DNA from: Patescibacteria group bacterium
GTDB lineage: Bacteria; Patescibacteriota; Patescibacteriia; UBA10025; JAHIVO01
Assembly: GCA_041650915.1 (NCBI GenBank)
Contig: JBAZKE010000003.1
Coordinates: 149,226-213,225, forward strand
Direction: 5' to 3'
Length of the DNA stretch: 64,000 nucleotides
The notes under the pieces: model-generated
Seen by the model: only the letters and a program-made list of their open reading frames with translations
Database searches by the model: none
What the model was told of the DNA's origin: nothing
Shown: positions 1 to 10,215 of the stretch, piece after piece
Numbering within the stretch: position 1 is the first letter of the stretch
Layout: each line of letters starts with the position of its first letter
Translations under genes and position numbers: made by a program

Positions 1-2
1 CT

Positions 3-239
3 GACCTCGAGTCCACGGTCATTAGCATCGTGCAGTGGGCACTCGGTTTTCTCGGCCTCATTGCCGTTATTTTCATCCTCTACGGAGGCTTCACCTGGAT
101 GACGGCCGGTGGCAATGAAGATAAAATTTCGACCGCAAAAAAGATTATCACTGCTGCGGTCATTGGTTTGATCGTCATCTTGCTCGCGTGGGCGATCGTA
201 ACCTTCGTCGTTGGGCAGGCAAATGATCTTACGACATAA
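3..239 (+). CDS. TrbC/VirB2-like pilin (CPR type), 5' end outside window
   Basis: Frame is open from position 3 (DLESTVISIVQWALGFLG...). It has two hydrophobic helices around YGGFTWMTAGGNEDKISTAKKII, typical of CPR pilins. Paralog at 24032. Confidence 0.8.
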   Translation, partial: DLESTVISIVQWALGFLGLIAVIFILYGGFTWMTAGGNEDKISTAKKIITAAVIGLIVILLAWAIVTFVVGQANDLTT

Positions 240-287
240 CACTCGAATGTTCGCGTAATAAGATTCGCGGTAATTGATCCGTGTTTG

Positions 288-323
288 CAAAACGATTCCA
301 GCGCTGTGGCCGGAATCGTTTTG
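288..323 (+). terminator. Intrinsic terminator hairpin after pilin
   Basis: Inverted repeat CAAAACGATTCC...GGAATCGTTTTG followed by T-rich sequence. Confidence 0.7.
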
Positions 324-359
324 AGTTTTTGAGTAATATGTTACACTGAACCTGCCGCT

Positions 360-3056
360 ATGCCTAAGCACTACTATACATTACCAGCGAGCGAGGTCGT
401 GAAAGACCTCCGGACTTCAGCTGCTGAAGGGCTGACGTCGGATGAGGTGGCGTCGCGGCTCGAAAAGTACGGACCGAACGAACTCCCCCGTGAAGGGTCG
501 TTTTCCGTTTTCGCGCTTTTTTTCAGCCAGTTTAAGAGCATGCTCATCTACATCCTCATCGGTGCCGCAGCAATCAGCTTCATGCTCAACGATACCGTCG
601 ATGCGTGGGTGATCATCGCGGCAATCACGCTCAACGTCATCGTCGGTTTTATCCAGGAGTTTCGGGCGCAGAAATCGCTCGAGAAGCTCAGGGAGATTGT
701 CACGCAGTACGCTGACGTGCGGCGTAACGGGCATGAAGTCGAACGGGAGGCGCGGGAGCTTGTGCCGGGCGATATCGTATTTCTGCGTGCAGGCAATAGG
801 GTGCCGGCTGATATCCGCCTGCTATCGGCGGCCGATCTGCACATATCCGAGGCGAGCTTGACCGGCGAATCATCGCCCATCAAGAAGACGGCCGAGACGC
901 TGCCCTCCGCGGTTATTCTCGCGGAGCAGAATAACATGGCGTTCATGGGCACCACAATCGCCGCCGGCTTCGGCAAGGGTGTCGTTGTGGGGACCGGCAT
1001 GGCAACGCAGCTTGGTAAAATCGCAGAGCTCATCAAGCAGGCACACGAGGAAGAGACGCCGCTTCAGGAGAAGCTTGGTTCTTTCGCAAAGTACCTCGGC
1101 TTCGTGATATTGGGCGTCGCGGCGATTATTTTTGTCATTGGCATCACTCTCGGGTACGACTTTGAGCAGATGTTTACAACCGCCGTCGCGCTCGCAGTCG
1201 CCGCCGTGCCAGAGGGGCTCGTCGTTGTCGTCACGGTTATTCTCGCCATTGGCATGCAGCGCATCCTTAAGCACCGTTCGCTCGTGCGCAAGCTCGTCGC
1301 TGCAGAGACACTCGGTTCAACAACCGTCATTTGCACTGATAAGACTGGCACCCTGACGGAGGGGGAAATGCGCGTCGTGCGCATTATTACGCACAACAGC
1401 GACTTTGACACCGTGCGCGATCTGGTTGAGCGTTCGGGTGAGGATATTTCGATGCAGGGGTACTTTTTAGCGCTCAAAATCGGCGTTATCGCTTCAGATG
1501 CGGTTATTGAAAATCCCGATGAGGCGATTGCCCATCGTACAGTCATCGGCATGCCGACGGAGAAGGCGCTCGTACTGCTTGCCTCCCAAGCGGGGATCAA
1601 CCTGGAAAAAATGCGTAAAGAGAACAGGCGCCTCGATGTCGTGCCGTTTGATTCGAAGCGCAAATTTATGGTCACGCTCAATGAGGATAGCCGGGGAAAC
1701 CACATAGTTTACTGCAAGGGTGCGCCTGAAGTGCTGCTTCGGAGCGCAACCCACGTTGACCTCGATGGAAGCGTTGCGGAGCTCGATAAGAAGAAGCGCG
1801 ATAAGCTCCGGCGGGAATTTGAAAAGCTGAGCAGGGAAGGGCTGCGCATACTTGCGCTGGGCTATAAGAAGGTTTCCGAAGGTACGATAACTATTGGCGA
1901 TGACGAGTCAGCACTCAGGGGGATCGTGTTTGTCGGATTTGCCGGCATTAAAGATCCCCTGCGGCCGGAAGCGAAAGCAACGATAGCAGATTGCCTGGCA
2001 GCGGGCATTAGGCCGGTTATGCTGACCGGTGACCACAAGCTGACCGCGCAGGCTATCGCGGGAGAGCTCGGCCTTCCGAACAGACCAGAGAACGTCATTG
2101 AGGGCGAGGAGTTTGCCAAACTCGACGAGAAGACGCTGAGGGAGCGGATAGCGGATTTTTCAGTGTACGCACGCGTAACGCCGCGTGATAAGCTGCGAAT
2201 TATTGATGCGTGGCAAGACCGCGGAGAGATCGTCGCAATGACCGGCGATGGCGTCAATGACGCACCCGCCCTGAAAGCTGCGGATATCGGCGTCGCGCTC
2301 GGATCCGGGACCGATGTGGCGAAGGAGACAGCGGATATCGTCCTGCTCGACAATAATTTCAAGACGATCGTGCGTGCCGTCATGCAGGGCAGGATTATCT
2401 ATGAAAATATCAAGAAGGTCATCCTTTACCTCATGTCAGACAGCTTTACCGAAATGGTTATTATTACAGCTGCGGTTCTCATGCGCTGGGAGCTGCCGCT
2501 CCTCGCAGCGCAAATTCTGTGGATCAATTTAGTTACCGACGGCTTCCCGAATATTGCGCTGACCATAGAGCCCGGCGAACGCGATATCATGGAGCAGCGC
2601 CCGGTTTCTCCGAAAGCTTCGATTGTTGATTTTGAAATGAAGTTTATCATCGGCCTCATCAGCTTGCTTACCGGCATGCTCGCACTCGGAATTTTTTACT
2701 ATACCTACAAGAGTACGGGCGACCTTAACCTCGCACGGACGATGACATTCGCCGCTGTTGCAGTCGATTCCCTGCTGTACGTTTTTTCCGTAAGGAGCAT
2801 ACGGTACTCCATCTGGCACCGGGAGACTTTTTCAAATAAGTACTTGCTCGTCGCCGTAGCGCTCGGGTTTGGGCTGCAACTTATCGCCATCTACCTGCCA
2901 TTTTTCCAGGATCTTTTTCAGACCGTACCGCTCTCAAGCAAGAATTGGGCGGTCGTGCTGTCAATCGGCCTATTCTCGATAATGGCCATCGAGGTAAGTA
3001 AGTGGGCATTCATGCGGTTCCGCAAGCAGCGGGACGGCATCGCTGCCCGCAGCTAG
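360..3056 (+). CDS. P-type cation-transporting ATPase (P2A/Ca2+-type)
   Basis: TGES, PEGL, DKTGTLT, KGAPE and TGDGVNDAPAL motifs; many TM helices. Confidence 0.95.
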   Translation: MPKHYYTLPASEVVKDLRTSAAEGLTSDEVASRLEKYGPNELPREGSFSVFALFFSQFKSMLIYILIGAAAISFMLNDTVDAWVIIAAITLNVIVGFIQEFRAQKSLEKLREIVTQYADVRRNGHEVEREARELVPGDIVFLRAGNRVPADIRLLSAADLHISEASLTGESSPIKKTAETLPSAVILAEQNNMAFMGTTIAAGFGKGVVVGTGMATQLGKIAELIKQAHEEETPLQEKLGSFAKYLGFVILGVAAIIFVIGITLGYDFEQMFTTAVALAVAAVPEGLVVVVTVILAIGMQRILKHRSLVRKLVAAETLGSTTVICTDKTGTLTEGEMRVVRIITHNSDFDTVRDLVERSGEDISMQGYFLALKIGVIASDAVIENPDEAIAHRTVIGMPTEKALVLLASQAGINLEKMRKENRRLDVVPFDSKRKFMVTLNEDSRGNHIVYCKGAPEVLLRSATHVDLDGSVAELDKKKRDKLRREFEKLSREGLRILALGYKKVSEGTITIGDDESALRGIVFVGFAGIKDPLRPEAKATIADCLAAGIRPVMLTGDHKLTAQAIAGELGLPNRPENVIEGEEFAKLDEKTLRERIADFSVYARVTPRDKLRIIDAWQDRGEIVAMTGDGVNDAPALKAADIGVALGSGTDVAKETADIVLLDNNFKTIVRAVMQGRIIYENIKKVILYLMSDSFTEMVIITAAVLMRWELPLLAAQILWINLVTDGFPNIALTIEPGERDIMEQRPVSPKASIVDFEMKFIIGLISLLTGMLALGIFYYTYKSTGDLNLARTMTFAAVAVDSLLYVFSVRSIRYSIWHRETFSNKYLLVAVALGFGLQLIAIYLPFFQDLFQTVPLSSKNWAVVLSIGLFSIMAIEVSKWAFMRFRKQRDGIAARS

Positions 3057-3152
3057 TTTCGTTGAGCAAAGGCATGTCTTCTCAAGGGCGTTTTTTATTG
3101 ACTGCATATTTGTCAAAAGCATAAAAAAACGGTATAATATCGGCATATCCAT

Positions 3153-4454
3153 ATGCCTATAGTACGTATTTCCGAAGTTAAGAACTACAAAGACAAACAG
3201 GTGACCATTCAGGGGTGGGTTGCTAATGTCCGTTCTAGCGGGAAGATCGTTTTTTTGCAATTGCGCGATGGATCTGCGGGGCTATTGCAAGCGGTTGTGA
3301 CGGCGCTTGTTGCCAATAAAGAGGTAGGTTATTGGAAAACTGCTGGATTATTGACAATTGAATCGTCAGTGCAAGTTATTGGAACGGTTAAAGCCGAATC
3401 GCGCGCTCCCGGCGGTTTTGAGCTGGAAGTGACTGATCTGCAGCTTGTCCACCAGGCAGCGGAGTACCCCATTGGCAAGAAAGAGCATGGCCCGGATTTT
3501 TTGCTGAATAACCGGCATCTGTGGCTTCGTTCTCAGCGCCAAGCTGCGATTATGCGCGTCCGCGATAGCATTATTTGGGCTTTGCGGGAGTTTTTCCGTA
3601 AAGAAGGTTTTATAATGACCGATACGCCGATTCTGACGCCGACATCGTGCGAGGGAACCACGACGCTGTTCGAAACGGATTACTTCGACGAAAAGGCGTA
3701 CCTGTCCCAGTCCGGCCAGCTGTATCTGGAGGCGCTCTGCATGGCATTAGGGAAAGTGTATGATTTTGGGCCGACGTTCCGCGCCGAGAAGTCAAAAACA
3801 CGGCGGCATCTGACTGAGTTCTGGATGCTTGATGCGGAGATGGCATTTTTCGATTTGGATGCCAGCATCGACCTTCAGGAACGGATGGTTGTCTATGTGG
3901 TACAGAAGGTGCTTTCTGACTGTGCTCCTGAACTCGCATTGCTAAAGCGGGATACGGCGCCGCTTCAGAAGGTGAAGGCGCCATTTATCCGGATGACGTA
4001 CGGGGAAGCGCTCCAGGAACTGAAAAAACTCGGCTCTGACATCGAGTGGGGCACTGATCTCGGAAACGACGATGAGACCCTTCTTACGAAAGCGCACGAC
4101 CGCCCGATTTTTATTACACGGTATCCTGCGGCGATCAAGGCGTTCTATATGAAGCCTGATCCGCAGGACGCGAAGCTTGCGTTGTGCGCCGATATGCTTG
4201 CGCCGGAAGGATATGGAGAGGTGATTGGCGGATCGCAGCGCATCGACGATCTCGCATTGCTTGAGGATCGAATCAAGGAAAATAAATTGAAACGGGATGA
4301 CTTCGAGTGGTATCTCGACCTCCGCCGGTACGGCTCTGTTCCGCATGCGGGATTCGGTATCGGGCTCGAGCGCACAGTCGCCTGGATGTGCGGGCTTAAC
4401 CATGTGCGCGAAACTATTCCCTTCCCGCGGTTGCTGAACAGGCTCCGCCCTTAA
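3153..4454 (+). CDS. asnS: Asparagine--tRNA ligase
   Basis: OB-fold N-terminus, YLSQSGQLY, FRAEKSKTRRHLTEFWM, GFGIGLER. Confidence 0.95.
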   Translation: MPIVRISEVKNYKDKQVTIQGWVANVRSSGKIVFLQLRDGSAGLLQAVVTALVANKEVGYWKTAGLLTIESSVQVIGTVKAESRAPGGFELEVTDLQLVHQAAEYPIGKKEHGPDFLLNNRHLWLRSQRQAAIMRVRDSIIWALREFFRKEGFIMTDTPILTPTSCEGTTTLFETDYFDEKAYLSQSGQLYLEALCMALGKVYDFGPTFRAEKSKTRRHLTEFWMLDAEMAFFDLDASIDLQERMVVYVVQKVLSDCAPELALLKRDTAPLQKVKAPFIRMTYGEALQELKKLGSDIEWGTDLGNDDETLLTKAHDRPIFITRYPAAIKAFYMKPDPQDAKLALCADMLAPEGYGEVIGGSQRIDDLALLEDRIKENKLKRDDFEWYLDLRRYGSVPHAGFGIGLERTVAWMCGLNHVRETIPFPRLLNRLRP

Positions 4455-4458
4455 CCCT

Positions 4459-4872
4459 ATGGATGTACGGCATGACAATAGAGGAATATCGGCTGTCGCC
4501 ATTATTCTGCTCGGCATGATGGCGCTCTCGGTCGTGCTGCTCGACGGGATTTCAATAAATCTGAAACAAAAAGAGGAGGCCCGGGCGGCAGTGGCAGCGG
4601 GCTTGCAGCGTGCGGTTGCATTGTGCGGCAATCCAGCGGAGCGGCTGCCGGAAGACTGCCCCATCGTTGCGGTGTACCAGTGTGACGCGAACTATATTCT
4701 TACGAGTGATTGTATGGGCGTCGGCGATGTGCTGCTCAGCGGCAGCGGAGAATACGTTGCATGGTGCGGTTACGCGTCAATTGATACAGCAGTGCGGGAG
4801 TGCGGGCGCTACTGGCTTGATGCGGAGGGCAATGATTGCACGCTCGGTAATAATTTATGCAGCGATTTATGA
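4459..4872 (+). CDS. Hypothetical membrane-anchored Cys-rich protein
   Basis: N-terminal hydrophobic helix, 8 Cys in the C-terminal part, operon-like spacing after asnS. Confidence 0.7.
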   Translation: MDVRHDNRGISAVAIILLGMMALSVVLLDGISINLKQKEEARAAVAAGLQRAVALCGNPAERLPEDCPIVAVYQCDANYILTSDCMGVGDVLLSGSGEYVAWCGYASIDTAVRECGRYWLDAEGNDCTLGNNLCSDL

Positions 4873-5459
4873 AGATAGGGTACAATCGTGAAATATCGAC
4901 ATTTTGGGGGATTTCGACGATCATTATTCTGTCGATGGTTGTCGTTTTTGTTTTTTACTTCTTGTATTTTTTCTGGATCGAAAATCCGACTCCGACATCG
5001 AATATCCTCGTCGTGCGTGCTTTCCAGCGGCGTGCGATTTCCATCCCTGACACGGTCGATACGGCAGCCTTGGTCTCGTATGCTGATTTCGAGAATAAGT
5101 TTTCCCTGTACCTGCCTGTCGGCTACTCCGTTAATTATGATGAAATTTATTACGGTGAAACGCCGGGAACCATCGTTACCTTTTCAAAAAGCAATGCTGA
5201 AAGTTTTTCAATGAGGATTTTTTCGGCTCAGGAGAACACGAGCATAGAGGACAGTTTCAGGCAGATAACGAATGTTGAACTCTCACCGCTCCAGTGGTTC
5301 AGCGAGGAGGTTGACGGCCGCGAAGCAGTTGTGTACCGCATGCAGCCGGGCGATCCAAACGGAGACCAGCTCTATTTTCTGTGGAACGGGATGCTCTTCG
5401 AGGTTCCCTTCAATGAGCGGTCGGTTCAGGTTCTGGCGACGTTTGAATTTTTAGATTAA
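4869..5459 (+). CDS. Hypothetical single-TM surface protein (PsbP-like motif)
   Basis: ATGA overlap with the upstream stop gives start 4869; TM helix; YADFENKFSLYLP motif. Confidence 0.65.
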   Translation: MKIGYNREISTFWGISTIIILSMVVVFVFYFLYFFWIENPTPTSNILVVRAFQRRAISIPDTVDTAALVSYADFENKFSLYLPVGYSVNYDEIYYGETPGTIVTFSKSNAESFSMRIFSAQENTSIEDSFRQITNVELSPLQWFSEEVDGREAVVYRMQPGDPNGDQLYFLWNGMLFEVPFNERSVQVLATFEFLD

Positions 5460-5469
5460 GTTGAGATGT

Positions 5470-6867
5470 ATGGATAGGACGCTTATCAGCGCAACGCGGG
5501 ATCATGTGGGGCATGAGGTGCGGCTCTGCGGTTGGATCCACGCGACCCGCCGCATGGGGAAGATGGTGTTTATCGACCTGCGTGACGTGAGCGGTTTAGT
5601 GCAGGCCGTTTTCCTGCCGGACAATAAGCCGCTCCTCGAACAGGCCCAGAGCCTTCGGCCGGAATTTGTCGTCGAGGTTGTCGGCCAGGTTAATGAACGT
5701 CCAAAAAAGCTCGTCAACAAGGAAATGTTGACCGGTACGGTTGAAATTCAGGCGCATGCGCTCAAGGTTCTCGCCGAATCAAAAACGCCCCCATTCGAAA
5801 TCGTCGAGACTGAGAAGGAGGAAGTCGGGGAAGAGGTGCGGTACCGGTACCGTTATCTCGATCTTCGGCGGGCGCACAACAGGGATCGCATACTCCGCCG
5901 GTCACGGGCAATAAAATTTATCAGGGACTACCTGCATGAGCGGGGTTTCGTTGAAATAGAAACGCCAATACTGGCAAAGTCCACGCCGGAGGGCGCCCGC
6001 GATTACCTTGTGCCGTCGCGGCAGTATGAGGGAAAGTTTTATGCGCTCCCGCAGTCGCCGCAGCAGTATAAGCAGATGCTCATGGTGGCGGGTTTTGATA
6101 AATACTTCCAGATTGCGCCGTGCTTTCGCGATGAGGATGCCCGCGGGGATCGGGCGCCCGACCAGTTTTACCAGCTCGACCTCGAGATGTCGTTCATTGA
6201 GCAGGCGGATATCCTTGACCTGACGGAGAAACTCTTTACCGCGATGGTACAGGCGGTATTTCCGGAAAAGCACATGACGTTTGGCACGTGGCCGAGGATC
6301 TCATACGACGAGGCGATGAAGAAGTACAGCACGGATAAGCCAGATCTACGAAAGGACAAGAACGATCCAAACGAGCTCGCATTCTGTTTTATCGTTGATT
6401 GGCCTTTGTTTGAGCCGGAAATGGAAGACGGGCACTATGCACCGGCGCACCACATCTTTACCGCGCCCCGCACCGAGGATATCCCGCTGCTCGATTCGGA
6501 TCCATCACAGGCACGTTCATGGCAGCACGATCTCGCGCTGAACGGGTACGAGGTTGGCGGAGGGAGCATTCGGATTACCGATCCTCAGCTTCAGGAAAAA
6601 GTGCTCGGGCTCGTGGGAATTTCTCAGAGTGAAGCGCGGGAGCAGTTCGGGCATATGCTCGAAGCGTTCCAGTATGGCGTTCCGCCGCACGGTGGAATCG
6701 CGCCGGGGATCGACAGGATGCTCATGGTACTCCTCAACGCACCAAACGTACGCGAAGTCGTCGCATTCCCCAAGACAGGCGACAACCGTGAGCCGATGAC
6801 GGGCTCCCCCTCAAGCGTTTCCGAGCAGCAGCTGAAGGATTTGCACATACAGCTCCGCCGTAAGTAA
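5470..6867 (+). CDS. aspS: Aspartate--tRNA ligase, short form lacking the GAD insertion
   Basis: STPEGARDYLVPSR, LPQSPQ, CFRDED, PPHGGIAPGIDR. Confidence 0.93.
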   Translation: MDRTLISATRDHVGHEVRLCGWIHATRRMGKMVFIDLRDVSGLVQAVFLPDNKPLLEQAQSLRPEFVVEVVGQVNERPKKLVNKEMLTGTVEIQAHALKVLAESKTPPFEIVETEKEEVGEEVRYRYRYLDLRRAHNRDRILRRSRAIKFIRDYLHERGFVEIETPILAKSTPEGARDYLVPSRQYEGKFYALPQSPQQYKQMLMVAGFDKYFQIAPCFRDEDARGDRAPDQFYQLDLEMSFIEQADILDLTEKLFTAMVQAVFPEKHMTFGTWPRISYDEAMKKYSTDKPDLRKDKNDPNELAFCFIVDWPLFEPEMEDGHYAPAHHIFTAPRTEDIPLLDSDPSQARSWQHDLALNGYEVGGGSIRITDPQLQEKVLGLVGISQSEAREQFGHMLEAFQYGVPPHGGIAPGIDRMLMVLLNAPNVREVVAFPKTGDNREPMTGSPSSVSEQQLKDLHIQLRRK

Positions 6868-6874
6868 TCCTCCT

Positions 6875-7198
6875 ATGCGACTCTCAGGATTGCAAAAGTA
6901 TATATTACTGAACGTCCTCGGTTCGAGAGGGGTGTTCACCCGTAAACAGCTTTCCCAGTACTACGGCAAGCTGAAAGAGAAACCGACACCGGAAGACCAG
7001 CAGGGCATCATTACGAGGAGCCTCGAGCGCCTCATCGATAAGGGGCTGCTCATCGGGTACGGCAGGCGCACTCCTCAGAAGTGGTTCATCGATGAGGTCC
7101 GCTTGACGAGTGCGGGGAAGCGCACGGCGCGGAAGCTGATCGGGGAGCAGCAATCCCTCCCGTTTCGCAGAAGAAAAGCAGTGAAGAATAAGCAATAA
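6875..7198 (+). CDS. Hypothetical basic winged-helix-like protein
   Basis: ITRSLERLIDKGLL...VRLTSAG pattern; Lys/Arg-rich. Confidence 0.6.
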   Translation: MRLSGLQKYILLNVLGSRGVFTRKQLSQYYGKLKEKPTPEDQQGIITRSLERLIDKGLLIGYGRRTPQKWFIDEVRLTSAGKRTARKLIGEQQSLPFRRRKAVKNKQ

Positions 7199-7210
7199 TT
7201 TACTACTCGT

Positions 7211-9037
7211 ATGCTAAAAACAGTGCGCATGTTAGCACAGCAATTCCTGACCCTGTTCTTCGGCGTCTGTTTCCTGCTCCCGCAGCTCGTGCTCGCCGAT
7301 GGAATGGTCGTTCCGCCGGTGGACTACTGGGTTCAGGAGACTGACCAAGAAGCTGTCATCCTGTACGACCAGGGCATCGAGACGCTCATCATATCCATAA
7401 CGTTCGAGGGGAATGCCAAAGATTTTGGATGGGTAGTCCCCGCGCCGGCACAGCCGACCGTCGAGAAGGGATCTGATGAGCTTTTTACCAACCTTGAGGA
7501 GCTGACCCGGCAGCGGTACTCTTACGAGGAAAATGTTTTTGGGCTCGGCACAGCTGACAGCGTCAAGCAGCCGGGTGTAACGATTATTGAGACGAAAAAG
7601 ATAGACTACTACGACGTCACGGTCCTCTCTTCGACGGATGAGGGTTCGCTGACGGCGTGGCTCAACGACAATGGGTATTCATTCCCGGAATCGGCATCGT
7701 ACATACTTGACAGCTACATTGAAAACGGGTGGTACTTCGTTGCGATGAAAATCAATCCCGAGAGCCTCGAGTGGGCTGACGTTTCACAGCAGCTCAAGAC
7801 AGGGCACGCAACCCCGGTTTCAATTTCTTTTGAGACAAAGAATATCGTATACCCGCTGAAGATTTCGTCCGTCGTGAGCCGTAACAAAGACGGGGCAGCC
7901 ACCGGGCAGACGCCTGACTACACGAGCGGTAAGATTGGCATGTCGGTGCCGGTTACGGACAGGGAGATCACTTCGATTGATGCCGACAGTGCGTTCAATC
8001 CAACCGAGGGGACCATTGAGATGTGGTTCCGGCCGAACTATACGTGGAATGGCACGGCGACGGGGTACTGGGAATTTTTGAATGTCGTTGACAGTGATAC
8101 GGATGCGAGCGGCAGGCAGGTGCTCGAGGTCAGGCGGGGGAAGGATTCGATCAACGATACGCTGCAGTTCGTGGCGTACGGGCCGACCGGCACCACCCAG
8201 GTGTGGAGCGCGAACATCAATTCCGCAGTAACCTGGGAGAGCGGCACCTGGTACAGTATGGCAGTCACCTGGTCAGCGGACCAAGCGCCGAAATTTTACC
8301 TCAATGGGACTGAATACCAGACTGAGCCCTCGTATAGCGCCTCAAAATGGGAAATGAGGGACCATACGGGCACGACGCTCTACTTGGGGCAGCGCGGTGA
8401 TATGCTCGGCTCGTACTCGCTGCGGGCGGCATTTGACGAGGTGAGGATTTCTTCATCGATCAAGGGGGCGGATGATATCCTCGCCGCATACAATCAGGTT
8501 AACGGTGGCAAGCAACTGGCGGTTGCCGATGATACGCTGCTGCTTGCGCACGTGGACAGCTCCCTCAAGGATGAGAAGTCGGGCGAGTTCTTGAGCTATG
8601 AGGATCGGGAAACGACTGCGGTCACGTACGATTCTTACTATGAGCAGCCGGTCACCATCCTCCTGCACGTCATTTCCGACCATCGGAAGACGCTGCCTGG
8701 ATTTTCTACAAACTACGCGAATTGGATTCAGAAGGAGAGCATCGAGAGGCTTGCGCTCGATGACCAGGGCGATCCGCTCCTGCAGCCTTCTGAAAAAAAG
8801 TACTACCTGACGTCTCTGACGAGGAGCATGGATTACGAAGAGATGACGGAAGATTTATTCCTCCGGGACGCCGATACGAACGAAACGATCGGTGACCGGA
8901 TTGATGCGGACGGCCCGAGCAGCGCGACGCCATTCTACATCGCGATTGGGGTCGGTGTCGCGCTTTCGATCGGCATCGCGATTACCATACTCGTTTTCAG
9001 CCGGAAAGCGCCGCCAGCTCACGGTACGAAGGAATAA
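7211..9037 (+). CDS. DUF2330-like exported protein with LamG-like insert and C-terminal TM anchor
   Basis: Signal peptide; DFGWVVPAP and WLNDNGY (DUF2330-like); GTIEMWFRP...WYSMAVTW...FDEVRIS (LamG-like). Confidence 0.7.
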   Translation: MLKTVRMLAQQFLTLFFGVCFLLPQLVLADGMVVPPVDYWVQETDQEAVILYDQGIETLIISITFEGNAKDFGWVVPAPAQPTVEKGSDELFTNLEELTRQRYSYEENVFGLGTADSVKQPGVTIIETKKIDYYDVTVLSSTDEGSLTAWLNDNGYSFPESASYILDSYIENGWYFVAMKINPESLEWADVSQQLKTGHATPVSISFETKNIVYPLKISSVVSRNKDGAATGQTPDYTSGKIGMSVPVTDREITSIDADSAFNPTEGTIEMWFRPNYTWNGTATGYWEFLNVVDSDTDASGRQVLEVRRGKDSINDTLQFVAYGPTGTTQVWSANINSAVTWESGTWYSMAVTWSADQAPKFYLNGTEYQTEPSYSASKWEMRDHTGTTLYLGQRGDMLGSYSLRAAFDEVRISSSIKGADDILAAYNQVNGGKQLAVADDTLLLAHVDSSLKDEKSGEFLSYEDRETTAVTYDSYYEQPVTILLHVISDHRKTLPGFSTNYANWIQKESIERLALDDQGDPLLQPSEKKYYLTSLTRSMDYEEMTEDLFLRDADTNETIGDRIDADGPSSATPFYIAIGVGVALSIGIAITILVFSRKAPPAHGTKE

Positions 9038-9093
9038 GAAACAATTTATTCAAAATATTAAACCCGAATATTTCGGGCAGAAAGGAACATAGT

Positions 9094-9654
9094 ATGCCAG
9101 AGAACGTACTGCCTCAGTCACCGCCGCCCCCACCCCCGCCGATACAGAAGAAGCATCGGGTTTCGTGGGTTGCCGTTTTGCTCGTTATCATCCTCGTGCT
9201 CGTCCTGATCGGCCTCGGAGAACGTTTCATGTTTGACCTCAATCGGTGGTTCAACCCCGCCTGCTCGCAGTTTTGCGATTACAGCTACCGCACTACCTCA
9301 TTGGTGCAATCGTCGACCACGTATGATCGCGAGTCATACGAGCTCTACCGGCTGCTCATACACACCGCCTTCGTGATACCCGTATTGCTTGGCGCGTTCC
9401 TTCTGTACTTCGTACAGCACTTCAAAAAGTCGTGGAGCCCAAAGCGTCTCGTCTTGTGGCCCTACCTCATCTTTTCTCTGTGGATGACGCTCCACTTGGT
9501 GTTTGAGACGTTCTATTTCCTCATCAAGCAGTACAAAACGCTTGGGATTTACATCGTGCTCGTGCTGCTCGTCGGCCTGCTGACGTGGCTCGCTCTGTTT
9601 ATCCAGAAGAAGTACCACGAAAAGCACGAGCAGAAAACGCCGATGCAGCAGTAG
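9094..9654 (+). CDS. Hypothetical 4-TM membrane protein
   Basis: Four hydrophobic segments, Pro-rich N-terminus. Confidence 0.75.
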   Translation: MPENVLPQSPPPPPPPIQKKHRVSWVAVLLVIILVLVLIGLGERFMFDLNRWFNPACSQFCDYSYRTTSLVQSSTTYDRESYELYRLLIHTAFVIPVLLGAFLLYFVQHFKKSWSPKRLVLWPYLIFSLWMTLHLVFETFYFLIKQYKTLGIYIVLVLLVGLLTWLALFIQKKYHEKHEQKTPMQQ

Positions 9655-9732
9655 CAATTTTTACGGCAAGTCAGTTTTGGCGATAGGATGCCGTCCACTG
9701 GATAAAATATCATTCATTAATACGCTGGCTCT

Positions 9733-10212
9733 ATGGCTATTCCAAAAAAGTTACTCAATCACCTTAAAAAGCACAATGTTAAGCATGAGGTGCTCTCGCA
9801 CCGGACTGTGTACACTGCGTATGACCTCGCCCAGACGACGAAACGCAAGCTCCAGGAGATTTCCAAGACCCTCCTCATGAAGGCTGACCGTGCATACTAC
9901 CTTGTCGTTATTCCGGCGCACTACAAGCTCAATGTTGCAAAGCTCAAGAAGCACCTGAGGGCAAAGAAGATTTCGTTCGCGCGGGAGGCAGAGATGAAAT
10001 CAAAATTTAAAGTCAAACCAGGCGCGATGACCCCCTTCGGTTCCATCCACAAGGTGCCCGTTCTGATCGACAGCGCCCTCGTCAGGGTGCGTGATGTCAT
10101 CTTCAACGCCGGCACCTTTACCGAGAGCGTCCGGATGAAGGTGAAGGATTTTATTGCGCTCGAGGAGGCGCAACGGGGCATCTTCGCTACCCGCGATAAG
10201 AAGAAAAAGTAG
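9733..10212 (+). CDS. YbaK/EbsC family aminoacyl-tRNA deacylase
   Basis: KTLL, GAMTPFG and FNAG motifs; 159 aa. Confidence 0.85.
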   Translation: MAIPKKLLNHLKKHNVKHEVLSHRTVYTAYDLAQTTKRKLQEISKTLLMKADRAYYLVVIPAHYKLNVAKLKKHLRAKKISFAREAEMKSKFKVKPGAMTPFGSIHKVPVLIDSALVRVRDVIFNAGTFTESVRMKVKDFIALEEAQRGIFATRDKKKK

Positions 10213-10215
10213 GGG

